Below, one piece after another: positions 31,213 through 43,400 of a stretch of 64,000 bases of DNA. The stretch's first letter is position 1, and every line of letters starts with the position of its first letter. The translations under genes and the position numbers were made by a program. Source of the stretch: Patescibacteria group bacterium (GTDB lineage: Bacteria > Patescibacteriota > Patescibacteriia > Patescibacteriales > UBA12465); contig JBAZNJ010000001.1 in assembly GCA_041649315.1 (NCBI GenBank), forward strand, positions 133,869 to 197,868, in the 5' to 3' direction. The notes beneath the pieces are model-generated. The model ran no database searches and was not told the origin of the DNA. It saw nothing but the letters and a program-made list of their open reading frames with translations.

Positions 31213-31236
31213 TTTTACATTAAAAATATTCATCTA

Positions 31237-31671
31237 CTACTTCCCCTTCACCCTCCGCCATCTATTCAAAGCGCGGGTGCGGGCCAATTCCTTTTCAAGT
31301 TTCGCGGCAATACGGGCAAATTCAACTTGATCGATATTAACGGCGTTCTGTTTCGCTTCTTCAGCGCGCTGACGCGCGGCTTCAATCCGTTCTTCATCAA
31401 GCTCAATCGCCCGTTCGGCCGTATCGGCTAAAATAACAATCTTATCGCGCAAAACTTCTAAAAACCCGCCAGACACGGCCATGATTTCCAGCTCGCCGTC
31501 CGGCTTTTTAATTTCTAAAACGCCCGGCTTCAAAATTGAAACCAAAGGGATATGTTCCGGTAAAATCGTTAGCTCGCCTTCCGTGGTCGGTAAAGTTATC
31601 TGGCGAATTTCCTCTTTAAGGACAACCCTCTCCGGCGTAACGATTTCAAATTTTATAGTTTTCTGAGCCAT
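31237..31671 (-). CDS. atpC: F1 ATP synthase epsilon subunit
   Basis: 144-aa ORF. FEIVTPERVVLKEEIRQITLPTTEGELTILPEHIPL. Last gene of the atp operon. Confidence 0.92.
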   Translation of the reverse strand: MAQKTIKFEIVTPERVVLKEEIRQITLPTTEGELTILPEHIPLVSILKPGVLEIKKPDGELEIMAVSGGFLEVLRDKIVILADTAERAIELDEERIEAARQRAEEAKQNAVNIDQVEFARIAAKLEKELARTRALNRWRRVKGK

Positions 31672-31679
31672 AGTTATTA

Positions 31680-33074
<1,395 letters not shown>

Positions 33075-33099
33075 TTAACAAAAATTATTAATTAATTTA

Positions 33100-34053
33100 T
33101 TAAGCGCTTAAGCTCGCCACGCCAGCGCTAATTTCGGAAATTTCTGCGGTAATACTCGCCTGGCGGGCTTTGTTATAGAAAAGGGTAAGCTCGTCAACTA
33201 AGCCGCTTGCGGCATCGGTCGCCTGATGCATGGCCGCCATCCGGGCGCTATGCTCGGAAGCGTTTGATTCTAACAAGGCCTGAAAAATCTGGACTTCAAT
33301 TAAACGCGGCACCATCGCTTCTAAAACTTCTTCCGGCGTGGGTTCGTAGGTAAAAATAAACTTATTTTTTCCGGAGTTTAAATATTTTTCTTCCTTTTCT
33401 TTAATCATTTCTTTTTTAGTTTCTAATTTTTCGCTTTTGCCAATCGCGCCGAGATACTCGTCCTCCGCTTCAATATCAACCGGCAAAAGCTGTTTGATTC
33501 GCGGAATCTGTTTAACGGCGTTAACAAAGTCGCTATAAGCGAGCATTACTTTATCATAATTGCCGCTTAAAAAGTCTCTAATGATTAGCGAAGCGATCGG
33601 CGAAATCGCGGCTGAATCGGAAATAACATCTTCTTTTGGAAATTCCGCGACTACCTTATAACCGAAGCGATTCTGAACCGCCAAGCCCTTCCGGCCGACA
33701 ATAATAAAATCGGTTTCAATATTATCATGCTTCTTAACCGATTTAATCGCTTTGGAAATCAGAGCCGAATTAAAGCCGCCGCACAAACCGCGATTGGAAG
33801 AAATCAAAACGACCGCGACTCGCTTCACTTCTTTTCTCTTTTTTAGAAGCGGGTGCTGTTCTGAGCCGGCGTTAAGCGAATTAGAGATATTCAAAATCGT
33901 CACCCAGCTTAAATTAGCATAGGTTCTGGTTCGCAAAACCGCTTCCACCGCCTTCCGCATTTTGGCGGCGGCAACCATTTCCATGGCTTTCGTGATTTTC
34001 TTGGTATTGGAAACCGATTTAATCCGTTTTTTTATTTCTTTAGCGTTAGTCAT
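33100..34053 (-). CDS. atpG: F1 ATP synthase gamma subunit
   Basis: 317-aa ORF. IKKRIKSVSNTKKITKAMEMVAAAKMRKA and C-terminal ITAEISEI. Confidence 0.95.
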   Translation of the reverse strand: MTNAKEIKKRIKSVSNTKKITKAMEMVAAAKMRKAVEAVLRTRTYANLSWVTILNISNSLNAGSEQHPLLKKRKEVKRVAVVLISSNRGLCGGFNSALISKAIKSVKKHDNIETDFIIVGRKGLAVQNRFGYKVVAEFPKEDVISDSAAISPIASLIIRDFLSGNYDKVMLAYSDFVNAVKQIPRIKQLLPVDIEAEDEYLGAIGKSEKLETKKEMIKEKEEKYLNSGKNKFIFTYEPTPEEVLEAMVPRLIEVQIFQALLESNASEHSARMAAMHQATDAASGLVDELTLFYNKARQASITAEISEISAGVASLSA

Positions 34054-34125
34054 TTTTCTTAATCAAATTTTTTATTTTCTTAATCTTAATAATTTTACTT
34101 AATCAAGGTTTTCATCTCTTTAGCC

Positions 34126-35664
34126 TTAATCATTTTCCTTAATCAGATAATCTAAAACGTCCTTACAGCCCTGAATCGCCTTTTTAAATTCGGCTTCGTC
34201 CTTTTCTTCAAGTTGACCGGTCGCCTTAACATTAGCTAAAGCTTCCCGGGCGTTATCGCGAGCATATTCGAGTAAATCAACCTCAAAATCCTTGATTTTT
34301 TCTACCGGCACATCATCCATATAACCGTTAGAAACCGCGTAATAAATCAAAACCTGCTCTTCCACGGCGACCGGCGAATATTGATCCTGCTTAAAAATTT
34401 CAAACAGGCGCTTGCCTCTTTCTAATTGGCGCTTGGTCGCTTCATCAAGGTCCGAACCGAATTGCGCGAAGGCCGCCAGTTCCCGATATTGCGCCGCTTC
34501 AAGTTTAATTTTTCCGGCTACTTTTTTCATCGCCTTAATCTGCGCCGCCGAACCGACTCGGGAAACGGAAATACCGACGTTAACCGCCGGCCGGTTTCCT
34601 TGATAAAACAAATCCGGTTCCAAATAAATCTGACCGTCGGTAATGGAAATAACATTAGTCGGAATATAAGCGGCCACATCGCCGGCCTGGGTCTCAATAA
34701 TCGGCAAGGAAGTTATGGAACCGCCGCCGAAGTCCTTGTTTAATTTACAAGATCTTTCCAATAAGCGAGAATGGAGATAAAAAACATCACCCGGATAAGC
34801 TTCGCGACCCGGCGGACGTTTCAATAACAAAGAAATTTCCCGATAAGAGACGGCATGCTTTGATAAATCATCATAAACAATCAAAACATCTTCGCCTTTA
34901 TCTAAAAAATATTCGGCCATAGCCGTACCGGCATAAGGCGCGATATATAATAAGGAAGCCGGATCGCTGGCACCGGCGACCACAACAGTCGTATATTTCA
35001 TCGCTCCGGTCTCCTCTAATTTAGCCACGATATTCGCTACTTTAGATTCTTTCTGACCAATGGCGACATAAACGCATTTCATATTCTGGCCGGCCTGGTT
35101 AATAATCGCGTCAATCGCAATCGCAGTTTTTCCGATCTGACGATCACCGATAATAAGTTCCCGCTGGCCGCGGCCAATCGGAATCATAGCGTCAATCGCC
35201 TTAATTCCGGTCTGAACCGGCTGTTTAACGGATTCACGGGTAATAACACCGGAAGCAATTTTTTCAATCGGGTAATATTTAGCCGCTTTAATGTCTCCCT
35301 TGCCATCCACAGCCGCGCCTAAGGGATTAACAACCCGTCCGATCAAACTCTCTCCGACCGGTACTTCTAAAATACGCTTGGTAGCAATAACCTCATCGCC
35401 TTCTTTAATCCGGCTGGAGTCGCCTAAAATAATTGCGCCGACGCTATCTTCGTTCAAATTCAAAACTACGCCATAAACCGAACCGGCAGCCGCTTTAAAT
35501 TCAAGCATTTCCGACATCATCGCTTCGGACAGGCCGGAAACGCGGGCGATGCCATCACCGGCTTCGATTACGCGGCCGAAAGAGCGTTCTTCATTATTAA
35601 ATTCCAAATCCTGGATCTGTTTTTTTAATTGTTCGACGATAAAATCTTTGGTATGGCTGGACAT
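34126..35664 (-). CDS. atpA: F1 ATP synthase alpha subunit
   Basis: 512-aa ORF. Walker [10 protein letters not shown] and [20 protein letters not shown]. Confidence 0.98.
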   Translation of the reverse strand: MSSHTKDFIVEQLKKQIQDLEFNNEERSFGRVIEAGDGIARVSGLSEAMMSEMLEFKAAAGSVYGVVLNLNEDSVGAIILGDSSRIKEGDEVIATKRILEVPVGESLIGRVVNPLGAAVDGKGDIKAAKYYPIEKIASGVITRESVKQPVQTGIKAIDAMIPIGRGQRELIIGDRQIGKTAIAIDAIINQAGQNMKCVYVAIGQKESKVANIVAKLEETGAMKYTTVVVAGASDPASLLYIAPYAGTAMAEYFLDKGEDVLIVYDDLSKHAVSYREISLLLKRPPGREAYPGDVFYLHSRLLERSCKLNKDFGGGSITSLPIIETQAGDVAAYIPTNVISITDGQIYLEPDLFYQGNRPAVNVGISVSRVGSAAQIKAMKKVAGKIKLEAAQYRELAAFAQFGSDLDEATKRQLERGKRLFEIFKQDQYSPVAVEEQVLIYYAVSNGYMDDVPVEKIKDFEVDLLEYARDNAREALANVKATGQLEEKDEAEFKKAIQGCKDVLDYLIKEND

Positions 35665-35694
35665 ATGCTTTTTAATTATGCTTATTTTAAAATA

Positions 35695-36096
35695 TTAATT
35701 ATTTAAGGCCTGAGCCAGGGAACGAAGCTTGGTCCGAATACTGGCATCAAGTAAACGGTCGCCGTATTTTATTATTATTCCGCCTAAAATTCCGGCGTCT
35801 AAACTGCTTTTAGATATAACTTCTCCGGCTCCCGCCAGTTTTTTAATATATTCATTTAAAAACTTCTCGGTCTGGGCGTCTAATTTATGCGCAGCGATTA
35901 TTTCCGCTTCAGTTAAAGATTTTTCCTTATTCCAAAGATCGCTGAAACAGTTTATAATCCGATCTAAACGGACGATCTGCTGATGCGCGGCCAAAACCCG
36001 GGCGAAATTCTTTATCGCCATTTCTAATTCTTTTCCCTCTTTATCCCGGACTATTTCCAGCAGGGCTTGCGCGTATTGTTTGTCGCGTATCTTCAT
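35695..36096 (-). CDS. atpH: F1 ATP synthase delta subunit (short form)
   Basis: 133-aa ORF in the delta position between atpF and atpA. C-terminal ILGGIIIKYGDRLLDASIRTKL is OSCP-like. Confidence 0.8.
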   Translation of the reverse strand: MKIRDKQYAQALLEIVRDKEGKELEMAIKNFARVLAAHQQIVRLDRIINCFSDLWNKEKSLTEAEIIAAHKLDAQTEKFLNEYIKKLAGAGEVISKSSLDAGILGGIIIKYGDRLLDASIRTKLRSLAQALNN

Positions 36097-36119
36097 ATTT
36101 TAATAAATCCTTTAATTCT

Positions 36120-36614
36120 TTATCTTAATTCCTTAACCGCCTTTTCAATTAAATCCTTATCCTTAGCCGCGTCAATTTTTTCACCAAGAACTTTTTCCAA
36201 AGCCGCGACTACCAGGTCAGAAACCTCTTTCTTAATTTCCCGTAAAGAAGCGGCTTTCTCCGCGCTGATTTTCTCCCGCTCTTCGTTAATAATCGCGCCG
36301 ACATCCTCGCGCGATTTATTAATTATTTCCTGATAGCGGATTTCCGCTTGCTTTTTCGCTTCTTCAATTATTCCAGCCGCCTCTTTCTTGGCCGTGCTGA
36401 TAATTTCTTTATTCTCTTCCGTAACTGCCGCTAATTTTTCTGCCGCTTCGTCAGCATCGGCAACTCCTTTAGCGACTTTCTGCCGGCGCTCTTCTAAGGT
36501 ATTAAAAAGCGGGCGATAAGCAAAACGCCATAAAACAAATAATAAGATAGCGAAATTAAAAAATTGCGCCAAAAGTATCCGCCAATCAATTCCCAAAGCT
36601 TTAATTAAGGCCAT
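36120..36614 (-). CDS. atpF: Fo ATP synthase b subunit
   Basis: 164-aa ORF with an N-terminal TM then a long charged helix. Operon position. Confidence 0.88.
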   Translation of the reverse strand: MALIKALGIDWRILLAQFFNFAILLFVLWRFAYRPLFNTLEERRQKVAKGVADADEAAEKLAAVTEENKEIISTAKKEAAGIIEEAKKQAEIRYQEIINKSREDVGAIINEEREKISAEKAASLREIKKEVSDLVVAALEKVLGEKIDAAKDKDLIEKAVKELR

Positions 36615-36682
36615 AAATTAAAAATTAAAAAACAAAGAAATCCGTCCCTTTATTTTAAAAAGAGCCGGACTCTCTTCGCCTT

Positions 36683-37698
<1,016 letters not shown>

Positions 37699-37704
37699 AT
37701 TATT

Positions 37705-38085
37705 TTAATCGCGAGGAGAATTATCCGGCGAATTCTTAGCTAAACCACTAACCGGGCTATTTTTAATTGAATCTGTAACCTGATTATTATTACTATCTAA
37801 TAATTCAACATTTTCGTCCGAACTTTCCGAGGCCTTTTCTTTATAAGTCGCTATCAAGTGATTAATCTGTCCTAATTTTTTAAATAGTAAAATATTCGTG
37901 GTTACGAAAGCTAAGAAAACACCAATTATTAAATACAAGGGCCCGCTGGAAAATTTTCGATCAAGAAAATACCCAAGCCCCCCTAAAATTAACAAAGGCC
38001 CTAAAATGGCCCCGCTAGTATGATAGAAAGTGGCAATTGCCATCGTCTTTATACTCCTCGCGTCAATAATTTTTTTAAAATCCAT
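37705..38085 (-). CDS. Small two-TM protein in the AtpI/AtpZ position
   Basis: 126-aa ORF, first gene of the atp operon. Two hydrophobic helices plus a polar tail. Confidence 0.5.
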   Translation of the reverse strand: MDFKKIIDARSIKTMAIATFYHTSGAILGPLLILGGLGYFLDRKFSSGPLYLIIGVFLAFVTTNILLFKKLGQINHLIATYKEKASESSDENVELLDSNNNQVTDSIKNSPVSGLAKNSPDNSPRD

Positions 38086-38222
38086 ATATTCCAGCTGATA
38101 TTAGGTTAAAAATAAACCTAATTAAACCATCTTTTTTATAGCGCAAAAAATCCTACGTGTCAATACTCCGATTTTGCGACTTTTAAACGTGCCCAACAAG
38201 CACCGACACAATTCCTAACTAT

Positions 38223-39074
38223 TTAAATCCGAAAAAGATTCTTAGCGGTATTTGTGCTAATATCAGCCACTTTTTCAATATTAATATTTCTAATATCGGC
38301 GATTCGTTTGGCTACGTACTGAACAAGTAAAGGCTCGTTTCGCTGGCCGCGATACGGCTCCGGCGTCATATACGGAGAGTCGGTTTCAATCATAATCTTA
38401 TCCAAAGGAACTTTCCTGATTAAATCATCCCATTGTTGGCTAAAAGTGATCAGGCCGGTGAAGGAAATTAATAAGCCGAGACGGAAATATTTCCAGGCCA
38501 AATCCTCATCGCCGGAAAAACAATGGACAACGCCCCAGGGCCGATCCGACGGCACTAAATCTCCATATTCTTTTTTAAATTCTAAAAGCATCGCGTATAA
38601 ATCATCATGCGCTTGCCGGCAATGAATGATTACCGGTTTATCTAAGCTTCGCGCTAATAATAGCTGTTGAGCAAAAACTGCCTGCTGTTTTTTCTTAACG
38701 GCTTGTAGGTCCTGAGCTGGATTTAAATGATAATAATCAAGACCAATTTCGCCAATCGCTACGACTTTTTCAAATTTCGCCAAACGCTCATAACTGCCGT
38801 AATCAAATTCTTCCGGCCGCGCCTGGAAACTCGCGCCAACACCGGTTTCACCGGTCTCAACCCGACCGGCTTCTAAATGAACCGGGTGCAGGCCGATCGC
38901 GGCATAAACGCCGCGTTCGTATTTATTGGCGTAATCTAAGGCGCGATTTGAGGTCTTAAATTCCGATCCGACCAAAATCATCCAGGTCTCATTATCTAAA
39001 GACCGGCGGATTACCTCTTCGGCATCGTCTTTAAAAGCAGAAAAATTTACATGGGCATGAGTATCAATAAACAT
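38223..39074 (-). CDS. tatD: TatD-family metal-dependent hydrolase/DNase
   Basis: 283-aa ORF. MFIDTHAHVNF, GEIGLDY, IIHCRQA, ETDSPYMTP. Confidence 0.9.
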   Translation of the reverse strand: MFIDTHAHVNFSAFKDDAEEVIRRSLDNETWMILVGSEFKTSNRALDYANKYERGVYAAIGLHPVHLEAGRVETGETGVGASFQARPEEFDYGSYERLAKFEKVVAIGEIGLDYYHLNPAQDLQAVKKKQQAVFAQQLLLARSLDKPVIIHCRQAHDDLYAMLLEFKKEYGDLVPSDRPWGVVHCFSGDEDLAWKYFRLGLLISFTGLITFSQQWDDLIRKVPLDKIMIETDSPYMTPEPYRGQRNEPLLVQYVAKRIADIRNINIEKVADISTNTAKNLFRI

Positions 39075-39090
39075 AAAAATCTTAATACTT

Positions 39091-39115
39091 AAAAAACGCG
39101 CCGAACGCGTCTTTT
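39091..39115. terminator. Bidirectional terminator after the Cys-rich gene
   Basis: AAAAAA, ACGCG, CCGAA, CGCGT, CTTTT. The minus strand reads the hairpin followed by a U6 tract. Confidence 0.6.
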
Positions 39116-39202
39116 AAGGAACCTGCCGCTAAATACTCTTTTTAACACAAGATAAAAACAGCATTCAACGGCAATCCCCTAAACCCTTAATTTACTTGAA
39201 AA

Positions 39203-39445
39203 TTATTGCGGGTTGCCGGAATTTCCGGACTGTTCGGATGACGGGGCAGAAGAAGCGTTCGCAGATTGATTAAAAGGTTGGTCAGAGGGTTGAGACGGCA
39301 TTGAATTTGTCGGAGCGGCCACTTCTTTATCTTTATTTTCCTCGCCGTGTTCGCAACACTTATCACATTCATTACATTCACAATTTTTATCTTCTTCACC
39401 GCATTTGCACTTGCAACCAAAAAGCTTTTGTAACCAATTACACAT
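39203..39445 (-). CDS. Small cysteine-rich protein (metallothionein-like N-terminus, low-complexity tail)
   Basis: 80-aa ORF MCNWLQKLFGCKCKCGEEDKNCECNECDKCCEHG... with 9 Cys and 1 His in the first 34 residues. Has its own consensus promoter and terminator. Confidence 0.55.
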   Translation of the reverse strand: MCNWLQKLFGCKCKCGEEDKNCECNECDKCCEHGEENKDKEVAAPTNSMPSQPSDQPFNQSANASSAPSSEQSGNSGNPQ

Positions 39446-39482
39446 AAATTTTTGATAAATAAATTAATGTTTTACTATATAA

Positions 39483-39511
39483 ATTATAGCATTTAAGGGT
39501 TTAAAGGTCAA
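39483..39511 (-). promoter_or_regulatory. Near-consensus promoter TTGACC-17-TATAAT for the Cys-rich gene
   Basis: Minus strand has TTGACC (39511-39506), a 17-nt spacer and TATAAT (39488-39483), about 38 nt upstream of the ATG. Confidence 0.6.
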
Positions 39512-39556
39512 AAAAACAGGATTTTTTGACTAATTTTAACCACATATTTCCAGATA

Positions 39557-40474
39557 CTAACGACGCAATAAAATCGTGAAATAACTAGTGGAACTGTCTA
39601 AACTACTGACTCCCATGGCCTCGGCCTGATTTTTATTATTAACTATTTCCAAATTCTCGGCGCCGGCTTGTCCAGTCGCCGTTAATACGGTCACAGCGGT
39701 CGCCGGCGAATCAATGTAATCATCATTAAACGAATATATCTTTTGATAATCGCGCGCGCCCAAGGCCTCTCGAGTTATCTCGTCATTAACTCGAGCCCGC
39801 TCGGTCGGGAGGTAATGAGAAAAATCGATTGAGGCGATAATGATTGTTTCTTGATTAAGATCAGCGGCTAAATATTCTCCTAGCGCTTTCGCCTGTTCTA
39901 ATGTTATCCGGTTATTTAATATAAGCGGCACGATTTCAGCTTCCGGGAAGCAATAGTTCACATAGGGGGTGATATTGGATATAGAATGCTCTGTGCTTAA
40001 ACGGCTGATATCGGAAACCGCGATTCCCTCTTTTATTATCCTAGCAACCATACCTTGATTGGAGTTAACTCGACCGTCGGGCAAATTATAGGCGATTGGC
40101 CCGGTGATGATATCGCCGGCACCCGTGTTTTCATGATTGGGCCCGACAATAATTACTCTTTTTATATTATAACGACAAATTTTTTGAAATAATTCCGCGC
40201 TATAATCAGCCGCCAAATCATGATGCGGCGCAATCAATCCTAAAACACCATTCTCGACAAACTCGGCTCCGGCAGGATATTTTTCAATCGCATCATAAAA
40301 AAGCGGCCAATTATAATTAACCGGAAAAATCGACTGCGCCACGACCGACGCCGCTGGCAGGGAATTATTTTTAATTTTATTTAATTTATCCATAACCCGC
40401 CAAACGCAAAAACTGGCAAATATAATTGCCAGTATTGCGCTAAAAAAAATTAATTTTTTCTTTTTATCCTTCAT
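39557..40474 (-). CDS. Membrane-anchored Memo-like protein (AmmeMemoRadiSam system protein B family-like)
   Basis: 305-aa ORF. N-terminal TM. LIAPHHDLAADYSAE, VIIVGPNHEN, TEHSISNITPYV and SIDFSHYL resemble Memo motifs. Confidence 0.6.
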   Translation of the reverse strand: MKDKKKKLIFFSAILAIIFASFCVWRVMDKLNKIKNNSLPAASVVAQSIFPVNYNWPLFYDAIEKYPAGAEFVENGVLGLIAPHHDLAADYSAELFQKICRYNIKRVIIVGPNHENTGAGDIITGPIAYNLPDGRVNSNQGMVARIIKEGIAVSDISRLSTEHSISNITPYVNYCFPEAEIVPLILNNRITLEQAKALGEYLAADLNQETIIIASIDFSHYLPTERARVNDEITREALGARDYQKIYSFNDDYIDSPATAVTVLTATGQAGAENLEIVNNKNQAEAMGVSSLDSSTSYFTILLRR

Positions 40475-40494
40475 GTTATCCTTTATGACTAATT

Positions 40495-43400
40495 TTACCG
40501 CTGATGAATTTCTATTTGTCCGGCGGATGAAAAACTTTTAAGGTCGGCGATTTTAACTGACTGGATCAACGCCGATTCGGCAATATACTTGCCCGGCTGG
40601 CTGATGCGCGCGAAATAGCTAAAATAATCCTTTTGGCAACGGGGGTCCTTATTCCAATTTTTATCAACGATGAATTTAACTTTCTGGCCGGAAACTTCAT
40701 AAGGATAGCGGATACCGCAATCAGCTTCAAGGCCATAACGATAAGTATTACTTATTAATTTTAAGCCGCTCGGTAAAATATCAGTAATTTCATAAAGTCC
40801 GTCCGGCGCCGTGCCAGAAAATCGCGATTTAATCCGAACTTCGACGATATCGCCTTCCTGAAAATCATTACTCAACTTCCCTTTATTCCAATAACTCCGT
40901 TCTAAACCGACTTCCTGGCTCTGTTTAGTTAAATCGGCTCTAGCGTCATAATCGCTAACCGCCGCTATCTGGCCGCTGATTACTTTTATTTCTAAGGTCG
41001 GCAACTGTTCGGGGCCGACCAGAAATTGAAAGGATTCGCCGCGTCCTAACGTTTTATTAATTTCTTGATTAGCAATCTTAAGGGAAAATTCAGCCTTACC
41101 GGACGGAATATTTGGAATCATTAATCGTAAATATAAGAGCTGTTCCAAATTACCAAGAATATCCGTCGGACGATTATCAACCACATAATTTCGGAAATTC
41201 TCTGCGCGATCATCGTCCAGCCCAGCCGCCAAGATAGCGGCTAAGACCGTGGCTAAAAAATTATCATCGTTATTTTTATCATTTATCTTAAGCCGCGAAT
41301 ACGCGTTAAATTTTTCGCCGTAAGCGGCTAACAATTCATCATATATCTTTTGCGCCAATTGATTATCGCCGATAAGCCGCGCGCCTAAAGCTAAATACAA
41401 TTTATCCAAAGGCCCAAGATCGGACAAGCGACTAAATTCGCGTAAAGAAATAAGCACCGGCTCATTAAGCGCGGCTAAACCGGACAAGGCCAAAGCTAAT
41501 TCATCGCGATTGGCGTCCCGATTATTATAAACACTATATAAATACCCGGCTAAAGCCTGGCTATCAAAGGCCTCCGGTTTAGCCATGGCTGCTAAAACAG
41601 AAATTCTTAAATCCGCGTCGGAATAAGGCAATAATGAGATGCCACCGGTCGCAGTCTGATATATTTTTAAGTCCGCGTCCGTTGGTTCGGTCGCGGCGCT
41701 AAAATATTCGTTCATTAAATCGGTCGCGATAAGCGCTGATAATTTCTGGTCAACTCGCGCCCCGTAGCCATGGCTTAAACCGAGCAATTCCGAATAATAG
41801 CGACCCCGATTATTATCCATCAGCGTAATCGTTGTCCAGCTATCCTCCGCGCCGGCAATCTTATCGCCGGTTTTAATTTCCGAAACGATCTGATGCCGTT
41901 CACTTAGTCGCGAATCAATAACGCTAATTTCATTAACAACGGTATCTTGATTATTTTGGGAAGCGGCGCCAATTTTTAATTTATAGGTCCCCGCGCTTAC
42001 TCGATTTAAGTTAAAATAAATCGGACGGAAAGCTTTCGCTTCCTGATCAACCCGTGCCGCGCCGAGCGCCGGCGCTTCAAGATAAGCCTGTATTTTATCC
42101 GCGGCAACCAAGTCATCGCCGTAAGCCGTCGCCTTAATTATCGGTTCATCGCCGGCCAAATATTGCTTGGATAAATTAGTCTCGACGAAAAATGGCAAAG
42201 TCGCTTTAAGCTGCGTTTTAGCAACGCCGGCTTCTAAGTCGCCGGAAATGCCCTGGACGCTCATCTGCCAAGAAGTAATATTGTCGGGCAGTTGGAATTT
42301 AACCGTCGCCCGGCCGCTCTGATCAGTTTCGACTTGAGTAAACAAAGCTAAATCCGGGAAATAAGAACGCTCTCCGCTCCCGCCGCCGCCTCTTTCCGCA
42401 CCGCCGCCTAATAGAACGTTCTTATGGGAATATTTACTAAAGAGATGGCCACTACTCAGTGCCCGATATAAACCGCTTAAAGGATCGGACTCGGGAATTC
42501 CACCTAAAGGTGCAAGGGCTAGATCAACGGCGCTAACATTAATACGGGCTCGGACATCTCGCCCCGCTTGATCTTTAACGGAAATATTCAAAGTCGCCTC
42601 ATCGCCGGGACGATACTCGTCCTTATCGGTCTTAATGGCGATATCTAACTTACGCTTCTCCTGATTAAAAAAGGCGCTAAACCCATTATCAGCATGATAA
42701 GTCCGCCCGTCAAACCAAGTGGCGACAACGTAAATATTCGGTATATCGTCGGCCGCATAATTAAAGCTAAATTTAGAACTATCGCTCACCTGATAATCAC
42801 GCAGACCATTTTGCAAACGTAAATATAAGAAACGACCGGCATCAGTAATTGTTTCCGTGCCATACCTTTTAACTTCAAGCTTAACCTTCTCATCAATATC
42901 ATAACTTTTCTTATACGGCGTTTCTTCAACCAGGTTATAGTAATCGAAGCGCGGATCATTTATCGACTGGGAAGCGTTAAAATATAAATTATCATTCGTT
43001 ATGTTATTATATTGATCGCCGGCCAGCAATTTTATTTCATAATAATATTTTGGATCAACGTCAAACACTAAACTACCGGTACCATCCGCGCCGGTGGCGA
43101 AAGATCGATCGGGCAAGGCCGTCTTTTTCTGATCGTAACGATAAATCGGATAAGAAACCTTATTAATGAAATCGTAATAAGTCCCGGTCTGACGTGGAAT
43201 ATATTCTATGGCCGTAATCTTAACAGTTACTACTTTGCCCGCCGCCGGCGCGCCATTCCAGTCATCCTCTGCTTTATTTAAATCAACATTAAACAATTCT
43301 GTTTTGATTTGGACTTTATTTTCTTGCCCAACCCGGTTAATACTCGCGTTATCAAAACGGATTCGCGTCCGGAAAACGCGAACATCGGCACTGCCGTAAA

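Noticed and set aside
39187-39420. Alternative-frame 77-aa ORF overlapping the Cys-rich gene.
   Set aside because: It shares the locus with the 39203-39445 frame. That frame has the striking ordered CxC pattern and starts right behind the consensus promoter, while this one has no features.
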